A DNA stretch of 64,000 bases, taken from the NCBI GenBank assembly GCA_964354025.1, contig CAYGXQ010000001.1, forward strand, positions 70,567 to 134,566, given 5' to 3'. Below the pieces are notes generated by a model that was not told the DNA's origin, did no database searches, and worked only from the letters and a program-made list of their open reading frames with translations. This DNA is from an uncultured Gammaproteobacteria bacterium. Lineage in GTDB: Bacteria > Patescibacteriota > Microgenomatia > 2-02-FULL-39-11. The first letter of the stretch is position 1; every line of letters begins with the position of its first letter. This document shows positions 42,440 through 50,033 of the stretch, piece by piece. Position numbers and translations under genes: made by a program.

Positions 42440-42518
42440 TTTCTCTGTTTTCGTCCTGCCTTCAGTTTATTGAAGGAATGGACTCATCAGTACCGATTCC
42501 ATCGGTAAAACAGAGAAA
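42440..42518 (-). ncRNA. type III hammerhead ribozyme
   Basis: Minus strand: stem III UUUCUCUGU / ACAGAGAAA, triplet UUU, stem I UACCGAU-GGA-AUCGGUA, CUGAUGA, stem II GUCC..CCUUCA/UGAAGG..GGAC, GAAA. Confidence 0.85.
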
Positions 42519-42756
42519 TTCAGATGGTAAAGGTTATGGTAGGAAGGTAATCCCGAAAAGGGATACAAATTAGAACCTAAGGTTCTAAAACCCCTTCCGG
42601 AAAATACCCAGACACCATAAACCAGCAAGAAAGGCTCATGCAGACAAAGCCGCACAATTTCTCGATATCCAATCGGATACCGATCATGCCTTTCTGCTCC
42701 CTCTGAATTCTCTTGAAGAAAAGATCGATTAGTCAAGGCCGCCAAGCCTTTGACTT

Positions 42757-43221
42757 TTACGGGTACCGGATGGGCTCGCAACCACCCCAGCCAGGGTTGT
42801 ATCTCCAGCCAGGCCCACAGTCGGTTTCAGCTGCACGGCCGAAATGGGCGAGTTCATAGAGCTCATGCCCGTTGGCGTCAATGACGACCAGGCGCCATGA
42901 CCCAGGAGCCGGTGTGTTCGTTCCTTGCTCGAAGACCGTCCGGTACAACTCCGGGTGAGCGAATCTTGCTTCGCGCATGTCATCGACTTCGTCATTGGGA
43001 ACGTACTCCCATTTCACCCGTGATGCAGCGAGTTCGGTATCGTTGCCCTGCACGTAGAACTTTGTTCTGTCCGGGTACCAGGCGCCGTTCACAACGGTGC
43101 CGGTTTTCGCGCCATTCTCGGTCAAGAAAGTGACATTGGATGCCGGCGCGGCGCTCACGTTCACGACGTTCATCAGCAACAAAGCGATCGTCGCGATGTA
43201 AACAATCTTGTAACGGTTCAC
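42757..43221 (-). CDS. small secreted hypothetical protein, GC-rich
   Basis: AGGAG RBS and GTG start, signal peptide (..VSA), composition unlike flanking genes. Confidence 0.7.
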   Translation of the reverse strand: MNRYKIVYIATIALLLMNVVNVSAAPASNVTFLTENGAKTGTVVNGAWYPDRTKFYVQGNDTELAASRVKWEYVPNDEVDDMREARFAHPELYRTVFEQGTNTPAPGSWRLVVIDANGHELYELAHFGRAAETDCGPGWRYNPGWGGCEPIRYP

Positions 43222-43479
43222 GGTTTACTCCTTTTTATCTTCTCTTGTACTTGTTTTTCGATAGACACTTCAGCTTGGCGGCGAGACTTGAATATAATAA
43301 GCAAAATTATACCCACGTCTAGCCGTCAAGCCTGATATCATCTTGATCTTTTCTTCATTTTTAAGGTGCGATAAAAATAACCTTTTATCCTGCGCAATTG
43401 CCGGATAAAGATTATTTTTACACGATTTTTCTCTGTAACTCGTGTTTCCTCAGCCCACAAACAAAAAGCGTTTCTGGGC

Positions 43480-43532
43480 TCAGGAAGTGAGGTAAATTTA
43501 GGGAAGGTTTGGTTGTCAGCGGGGTAGGCTGG
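43480..43532 (-). repeat. island repeat B, copy 2
   Basis: 18 bp identity to copy 1 plus the AAATTT/AGGTTT hairpin. Confidence 0.8.
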
Positions 43533-43578
43533 CGACATTTCCCTCCTTTGGGTTTACCTCTAGCTTCTCTTGGGTAAT

Positions 43579-45336
43579 TTAGTGGCCTGGGGCCGCTGGG
43601 CGAACCGGCATGGGTTGCGTTGGTCCGGGAACAGTGGGGGTGACGGCGGCGCTCGCCGTGACGCCCGTTGCCTGGATCGTGAAGGGCCCGTACAGATTGT
43701 TTTCTTGCTGGCCCAAAATTTCATGCCTTTCGAGCTCGCCATTATACCAGTTGACCCGGTCGTCTGTATCGACCCGATAGTAGCCAATGCCGGAAAGGTT
43801 CGGATCAACGTTCGAGTAGTAGACCCAATAGTTGCAACCCTGTGACTCACTGGCCACAGTGCTGCATGTGATAGTCTCACCCGGTTTGAGTGAGACTGTG
43901 GTGCCGTTTGGCCACCAGTTGCTAAAAGCCACACCCCGACCAGTCCAGCGGGACCCATCCCAACCAGGGGAAAGATCTTGCCAGAAATCTCCGGGGCCGG
44001 GGACGCGAGGCGGGTTGACATACCCGTCAATCCACCATGAGCCAGTTGTCGGCGCCGTTCCGATGTTAGCAATAATGACCATTGCGTAATTGTTTCTAAT
44101 GGTGCCGGATACCACAACTAGGTCTGGGGCGTAAAGGAAATCGCGTTGTATGACTGGTAGGTACGTTCGGCAGGCGTCCATGCGGACTTGAGCCGCATCC
44201 ATAGCGCTCACGTTTTGTCCGTTTGCCCGGCCGGTGCTCGTGACGGTGTTAGTGAAACTTGCCGTTACGTTGGTCGTGCAGATATAGCCGTTGCTTGCGC
44301 CGACTACTAGCGTCCCGATGGAGCGACTGCAGGTTCCGACCGTGCCCGTCACCGTCACGTTAGACAGATCCAGGTCCCCTGTGTTAGTGACTGCGATAGT
44401 GAAAGTTGCGGATCGGTTGTAGCAGACGGTTTTGTTTTCCGGTTCGATGGTGATGGCGATTGCTGCGGTTTTGATCGTGAACATCGCCGTGACAACCTTG
44501 TTTGCCGTCATCATGACCGTCGTCGGGTTGGCCGTACCCGTGATTGCGCCGGTCCAATTGACGAACGTCGAGGTTATACTCGGCGACGCTGTCAACGTGA
44601 CGACCGTACCAGCCTGGTAGCTGGTCTGGTCCGGATTCTTCGTCACCGTGCCCTGGCCGACTACGTTGGTCGTCAGTTGGTAATTGCAGATGACCGAAAT
44701 CATCTCTTGGACGAGCTGGTCGAGCTCATCTGGCGACGAGGCATTTCCCCAGCTTCCATCGCCAGCCTCGGCGATTTCAGCCAGATAGCCTTCACGGGTC
44801 GAGTCGAGATCCACACCAATGGCGAAGACCCTGAGCCCCGCGAGTTGTGGATCGGCCTGTGCAACCTCGATCGCGGAAACTAGTTGATTGGTTTGAGTAA
44901 TGGTGATTTCCGCATCCGTTACCAACAGCACAACCGGGTCTTCTGCTCCGAGGAGCTGGTTCTTGGCCATAACGAAGGCAGGCACGATCTCTGTGCCGCC
45001 GTTGGCCGTTAGCGCGTTGACCGCGGCGATGACGTCCGTATAGACAGGAGTCAAGGCCAGGTCTACCCGAGGCGTGTCAGCGAAGCTAACCACCCCTTGG
45101 CGGGACCCGGGATTGCTGACTTGCGGTGTTACATGGGCGACCGCACCCTTCAACGCGTCCAGCCGGGTGCCGGAGCCGAAAGCGGTCCCCATCGAGCCCG
45201 ATCGGTCGAGTTGGTACATCAAGTTGACCGTCCGCGAGCAACCCAGCGTCATCGCTTGGTTCGTGATGAAACCAAGCGTCAATAAGGTGGCCAAAAAAAC
45301 CAGGCCCAAAACTTGCGCGAGTCTTCCGCGTTTCAT
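43579..45336 (-). CDS. secreted vWA-domain surface protein with beta-repeat, DUF11-like and CARDB-like domains
   Basis: DRSGS MIDAS, GGT, TD; FTIAVTNTG..L; TYLPVIQR; PDLVV; GGAGG RBS; GC-rich. Confidence 0.85.
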   Translation of the reverse strand: MKRGRLAQVLGLVFLATLLTLGFITNQAMTLGCSRTVNLMYQLDRSGSMGTAFGSGTRLDALKGAVAHVTPQVSNPGSRQGVVSFADTPRVDLALTPVYTDVIAAVNALTANGGTEIVPAFVMAKNQLLGAEDPVVLLVTDAEITITQTNQLVSAIEVAQADPQLAGLRVFAIGVDLDSTREGYLAEIAEAGDGSWGNASSPDELDQLVQEMISVICNYQLTTNVVGQGTVTKNPDQTSYQAGTVVTLTASPSITSTFVNWTGAITGTANPTTVMMTANKVVTAMFTIKTAAIAITIEPENKTVCYNRSATFTIAVTNTGDLDLSNVTVTGTVGTCSRSIGTLVVGASNGYICTTNVTASFTNTVTSTGRANGQNVSAMDAAQVRMDACRTYLPVIQRDFLYAPDLVVVSGTIRNNYAMVIIANIGTAPTTGSWWIDGYVNPPRVPGPGDFWQDLSPGWDGSRWTGRGVAFSNWWPNGTTVSLKPGETITCSTVASESQGCNYWVYYSNVDPNLSGIGYYRVDTDDRVNWYNGELERHEILGQQENNLYGPFTIQATGVTASAAVTPTVPGPTQPMPVRPAAPGH

Positions 45337-45365
45337 GATTTTTCCTCCATTTTGATTTTGTTTTT

Positions 45366-45397
45366 GTCAGCCTACCCCAGCTGGTGCTGAAGATAAA
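45366..45397 (+). repeat. island repeat B variant, copy 3
   Basis: GTCAGCCTACCCCAGCTGGTGCTGAAGATAAA; forms an inverted pair with 45756-45787. Confidence 0.75.
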
Positions 45398-45435
45398 TTG
45401 CTTTACTGCGGATTCAAAAAGAGTAAAATAAAATT

Positions 45436-45639
45436 ATGGTTAAGATTACCTCAAAGAAAATCGAAGTTTTCAGCGATCTGTTTACCGATCTTGCCGCGGG
45501 TTGTTTTGGGACGCTATTGATCTTTCCCGGCGTCATCGGCATAAAAACTCTTCTTGATTTGATACTCCTATTGATCATCAATCTTCCATTTGGTATATTA
45601 TGTTTGTTGATAGCATTAAAATTAAAAGAAAAAATATGA
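45436..45639 (+). CDS. small 2-TM membrane protein
   Basis: 67 aa hydrophobic ORF. Confidence 0.6.
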   Translation: MVKITSKKIEVFSDLFTDLAAGCFGTLLIFPGVIGIKTLLDLILLLIINLPFGILCLLIALKLKEKI

Positions 45640-45746
45640 CTCCATCTATTACTTCAACGTCAATCGGTATGGGCATTGCTTTAGGTCTTTTAATTATTGC
45701 CTTTTTACTCTTCTGGAATACCTTCTACAAAAAAACCAGTAAGTAG
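45636..45746 (+). CDS. 36 aa single-TM peptide
   Basis: ATGA overlap with the previous stop; MTPSITSTSIGMGIALGLLIIAFLLFWNTFYKKTSK (below the ORF-track cutoff). Confidence 0.5.
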   Translation: MTPSITSTSIGMGIALGLLIIAFLLFWNTFYKKTSK

Positions 45747-45755
45747 CAGGTTGAT

Positions 45756-45787
45756 TTTATCTTCAATACCAGCAGGGTAGAACTGAC
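45756..45787 (-). repeat. island repeat B variant, copy 4
   Basis: Minus strand GTCAGTTCTACCCTGCTGGTATTGAAGATAAA. Confidence 0.7.
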
Positions 45788-46160
45788 TCAAAAGTCCGCC
45801 TACGCATGAAGCTTCGGCGAGACAAGGGAGGAAAATACCCCTAATAATAAGATTATTACCCCAGTACCAGTCCTGATTTAACCTGAGGACGGTACGGGGT
45901 TGCGACTCCGTTTATTAATGGCGGAGTCTTACCCAAGGAAGCTTGTTAAAGAGCCCCTCGCTTCGCTCGGGGTAAACCCTTCTATTTGACTTAGGCTACC
46001 CTGAACTAAGCGAAGAAAGCCGTTATTAGTTGTCCAAATTTCAGTAATCAGAAGCAAATATCTGAACTTGAAAAAGACAACTTCAAACTTCTTCAGTTTG
46101 CATGCGGATTAATTAACCTATAGTTAAATATCCACAGCCGTTGTATTTATACAACTTTCT

Positions 46161-46253
46161 ATGACAAAATCTTGATCATAAGAGGAGAAAAAGTATCAAA
46201 AATAGGGGATTTTTGACAAAATACTTGACAAACTGTTTAAATTATAGGATAAT
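46161..46253 (+). promoter_or_regulatory. promoter with TGACAAA direct repeats
   Basis: TTGACA(46225)-17 bp-GATAAT(46248); TGACAAA at 46162, 46214 and 46226. Confidence 0.6.
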
Positions 46254-46261
46254 ATCTCAAC

Positions 46262-47539
46262 ATGGATACGAACCAACAGATCCAAAATCAGTACTTCAAT
46301 TTTTATCGGGATAATCTGGAAAAGACAGCCCAAGCGATTCAAAAAGGCAAAGTGTTAATTTTTGTGGGGATGAATTCGATCGGCAAAACTTTGCTGATCA
46401 ACCAGATAACTTCTTCCAGATTCAAGCAGGAATACCTGTCAAATCAAAAAGTACAGACAGTATTTTTGGAATATAAAGACAAGAATCCGCCCACCCCGGC
46501 TCAACTTTATAAATATTGGCTTACCGAAACAGCTAAGATTCGGGGATATAATTTGCCTTTGAATGAAGAATTTAATGACTATTCTTTTTACTATCACCTG
46601 ACGGAAATGACCAAGAATTTAGGGGAAGAGAAACTGGTCTATATTCTCCAAGACACCCAAAAATTGCTTGACCAGGGAGAAGCTTTTTTTCGCAGTCTGA
46701 TCTACCTCCACCGCTTCACTTACGGAAAAGTTTCCTATCTGGTCTTTTCCGAACCGCAAATCCTGGATTGCAAAAACACCTGGGTACAAAGATTTGTGCA
46801 AGACCTTACCAACCATAAATTTATTTTTCTTAAATTATTGGATAAAGCCACGACAATTACTGACATTCAAAGGGAAGAACAGTTCCTGAAAGCTGATCTT
46901 AAACACAGATGGCCTTTGGTGATCAAGTATTCAGGCGGGCTGCATGGAGTAATCGGCGCCCTTTGTTATTTTTTGAAAAAATTTCCGGAAGTGAAAGATA
47001 TCAGACAACTGCGGAAAATTGTCGAAGATGACAAAATGTGTGAGTATTGGTTTAAGGATATTTTTGACAGTCTTCCGCTTGAGTCACTTCGAATTTTAAA
47101 AGAAGTAGTCATGCATAAAGATAACTGGAAAAAATACAACAGGGAGATTTTTGGGGAATACCTGGTCAATTTAGGATTTTTGAAAAATGACGGCACTTTC
47201 CGTCATCCACTGATGCTTTTGTCCCTCAAAAAATACGTGATAGGAGAAAGAAAAAACATCCAGGAACTTACATTGGTTAAAAATGCATTTTTTCTAAACG
47301 GTGCTAAAATAAAATTAACCAAAAGAGAGTTTGCGGTTTTACAGGTTTTGCATAAAAATAAGGGTAAGACGGTGACGACTGACCAGTTAGCCGAAGCTTT
47401 ATGGAAAGACAATCCGGAGGCATTCTCTCTTTGGGCGATCGCGCAGACAGTCCGGCGCTTGAGAAAAAAACTGGCTTTTTATTTTATCCCCCCTCAAACC
47501 ATTAAAAGCATCAGGGGAGAAGGGTATATGATGAGCTAA
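46262..47539 (+). CDS. P-loop ATPase-like protein with C-terminal OmpR/PhoB winged helix
   Basis: GMNSIGKT Walker A; LTKREF.VL..L, V.RLRKKL, IKSIRGEGY. Confidence 0.8.
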   Translation: MDTNQQIQNQYFNFYRDNLEKTAQAIQKGKVLIFVGMNSIGKTLLINQITSSRFKQEYLSNQKVQTVFLEYKDKNPPTPAQLYKYWLTETAKIRGYNLPLNEEFNDYSFYYHLTEMTKNLGEEKLVYILQDTQKLLDQGEAFFRSLIYLHRFTYGKVSYLVFSEPQILDCKNTWVQRFVQDLTNHKFIFLKLLDKATTITDIQREEQFLKADLKHRWPLVIKYSGGLHGVIGALCYFLKKFPEVKDIRQLRKIVEDDKMCEYWFKDIFDSLPLESLRILKEVVMHKDNWKKYNREIFGEYLVNLGFLKNDGTFRHPLMLLSLKKYVIGERKNIQELTLVKNAFFLNGAKIKLTKREFAVLQVLHKNKGKTVTTDQLAEALWKDNPEAFSLWAIAQTVRRLRKKLAFYFIPPQTIKSIRGEGYMMS

Positions 47540-47540
47540 T

Positions 47541-49856
47541 ATGATAGGAGAAACACCAACTGTTTTACCATCTATGTGGGCAAGAATAAGACAAAGACAG
47601 GCAGAAGCAAATGAATTGCAGGGGGATGCCAGAGTAGGAGCGCAAATAACTATTGATAGCTTAACGAGACGTATGCCCAATTTGCCGGAAGAAAAAAAAC
47701 AACTATGTATAGATTATCATCGTGTAGCCGAACCGGTTCTTACTGATTTGCGATGGGCGCCACGTATTACGACGAGAGATGATCTATTCAATACTTTTTT
47801 AAGAAGACGTATCGATGCCTGTCTTGATAATGGGGAAGATCGGGTATATATAGAGATGGCTTTTGGACAACTTAAGTCTTATATAGAACAGACACGCAAT
47901 GAAGTCGTTGATTTCCTTGAGGGATTAGTTCATAAAATGACTGCTACTAAAAATGCGGAAATGGTAGTGATAAATAATGAGGAGGTAAGTTTCAGCGAAA
48001 CCTTTTTAAGAGATTATTTGAGAGATTTTTTTAACAAGTATCCTTTGCAATGGAATGATAGTCAGGTTGATTTAAAGGATAGAATTTCGGCAGTCATGTA
48101 CGCCATCGATGATAATACCAAAGCCAAAGAGGGTGAACGTTATCTCCCGATTATTAAAGTAGGACAAAGGTTTGAGTTTGATATCCCAGAGGAATTCCAA
48201 TATGTTTTGGCCTTAAAAATTCTTGAACAAACTGATTTGACGGATGAAAGAACATCTCCACTATTATATACAAAATATATTAACTGGGATTTCTCGTCAG
48301 AAGCAGTCTTGGCAAAATTGGATGCGGTAAATTGTTTCAAGAATGGGAGATATAAGGATTTCCGTTTTTTATTATCAGCGATAGGAGAAATTATTTATGA
48401 TGATAGGAGTTATAGAGCGACGTTGATCGATTTTCTGACCGGAGTGACAGAAAGGATTGGAGGGAGAGATCCAGTCGAGATGCGCAAAGGATTTGCTTTT
48501 GCCAGAACAATTTTAGATGATTTTGCCAAGTATTACGTTAAGGACAGTAGGGAATCTATAGAATACAGGTTTTTGGAACAGACAAGAGAAGCATTGAACC
48601 AGCGCGAAAGAGAATATTTTTATCCAGACAGAAAACCGGTTGTTCCGGCTGATGTTATGGAGCAAGCGGTTTCGGCTATGGAAAGGAGAGGACCGTCTGC
48701 GATGAATGAAGCCATCTGGTTGGGAATGGTGCCGGAAGGATCAGTGGGAGCGCTTTTCCCGCCGGAGATGAGAGAGCAGATAGAACTAATAATCCAATAC
48801 GCTTTGAAACGGCGGAAAGCGGAAGCAGCAATCATTCCTGGGACTGCTGATGTTTATGGAGCAGATAGTGAGGAAGCGATTTGGATAATGAAACTAAAAC
48901 AGGCTTTTATTGGAGCAATGTTCGCTAAGGATGACGGATATGATATTCATCTACGAAGAGACAATGAGCCGACTTTGCAGGTAACAGAAGGTCCGACTGA
49001 TGCCTCCGAACGGGCGCTATTGATGATTCTGAATGTTATTAACGAAATAGTTAAGATAAAAGCTACAGATAACAGACTAGCTTTAGGTGTTTCTGAAATG
49101 ATGACTGCTGTTTATTATGGTGACGTGGCGAGTAGAAGTCTTTGTTGGGACAAAGAGAGAAAAAGATATGTCTGGGAAAATCCGAAATTTCTCGAACAGT
49201 ATGAGAAAGCAGAACGGGCAATTGCCGGTATTTTTGCCTGGTATCCGCTTTACGCTGGCGAAGTAACTGGATTTCCCGAATCAGGCGCTTTATGGGCTGA
49301 GGCTAACCGTGACTATGGCTATTTGATCTTAGTGGCGAATGATATGGAGGATATCTTGATAAGAGGAAAATATAAGAAACATGAGATGGGTAATGATATC
49401 GGTCAGAAGCCCTCTATTTACCAATGGCTTTTCATGCATCTTGAATTACCGGAAGATGATTCTTTATCTGCTTCCCTGGTTGCTGATCAAGAAATTGTCC
49501 GGAAAGCTTATGATGATATCGGCCGCAAAAGACACGCCGGAGAAAAACTAAACGATGTTGATTATCAGCAAATTGCTCAAGCTTGTGAAGCTCTAACGAA
49601 ATATGCACCAAGAATTATTCCCCAGATGCAAATCATGCTAGAACCGTTTTACACCAGAGCAAGAGAGTCTTTAGCTGAAGCATTTAAAAAATTGCCTTCG
49701 ATGGATAGACGGAATACCACTCAGCAGATAATTTTTGAAAATATGATTGATGGAGTCTGGCAGAAGATCTGCGGATTTTCTGGAAGCGGGGAAGAAGCAG
49801 CTATTGAACAATTATTTCAAGTAAGAGAAAAAGTAAAAGAGGAAGTTCTAGAGTAA
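47541..49856 (+). CDS. large hypothetical protein, C-terminal degenerate polyprenyl-synthase-like domain
   Basis: AVYYGDV and VANDMEDIL..K..GNDIGQKPSIY resemble the GD and second Asp-rich motifs. Confidence 0.5.
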   Translation: MIGETPTVLPSMWARIRQRQAEANELQGDARVGAQITIDSLTRRMPNLPEEKKQLCIDYHRVAEPVLTDLRWAPRITTRDDLFNTFLRRRIDACLDNGEDRVYIEMAFGQLKSYIEQTRNEVVDFLEGLVHKMTATKNAEMVVINNEEVSFSETFLRDYLRDFFNKYPLQWNDSQVDLKDRISAVMYAIDDNTKAKEGERYLPIIKVGQRFEFDIPEEFQYVLALKILEQTDLTDERTSPLLYTKYINWDFSSEAVLAKLDAVNCFKNGRYKDFRFLLSAIGEIIYDDRSYRATLIDFLTGVTERIGGRDPVEMRKGFAFARTILDDFAKYYVKDSRESIEYRFLEQTREALNQREREYFYPDRKPVVPADVMEQAVSAMERRGPSAMNEAIWLGMVPEGSVGALFPPEMREQIELIIQYALKRRKAEAAIIPGTADVYGADSEEAIWIMKLKQAFIGAMFAKDDGYDIHLRRDNEPTLQVTEGPTDASERALLMILNVINEIVKIKATDNRLALGVSEMMTAVYYGDVASRSLCWDKERKRYVWENPKFLEQYEKAERAIAGIFAWYPLYAGEVTGFPESGALWAEANRDYGYLILVANDMEDILIRGKYKKHEMGNDIGQKPSIYQWLFMHLELPEDDSLSASLVADQEIVRKAYDDIGRKRHAGEKLNDVDYQQIAQACEALTKYAPRIIPQMQIMLEPFYTRARESLAEAFKKLPSMDRRNTTQQIIFENMIDGVWQKICGFSGSGEEAAIEQLFQVREKVKEEVLE

Positions 49857-50033
49857 ATGTTACGATTTTTTCGATCAGATTACTGCCGGGAATTTATGCT
49901 TGAAGTAATATATCATGCTAAAAAGAGCCTGTCAAGCACTATAGGCTTAGTATAATTTACCACTAGATTGGAAGATCCCTCAACGAAGTTTATCCTGAGC
50001 GAAGTCGAAGGGTTCGGGATGACAGATACAATT

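Noticed and set aside
42467-42781. 104 aa ORF-track frame
   Set aside because: It runs through the densely base-paired domain and the ribozyme, overlaps the neighbouring gene and has no recognisable motif.
45790-45830. RNase P RNA (AAAGTCC)
   Set aside because: Lacks GAGGAAAGTCC and the 3' P4 strand; better explained as a small palindromic repeat.
40503-46014. Classical integron attC array or CRISPR array
   Set aside because: No RYYYAAC/GTTRRRY boxes, no integrase, no regular repeat-spacer period and no cas genes.
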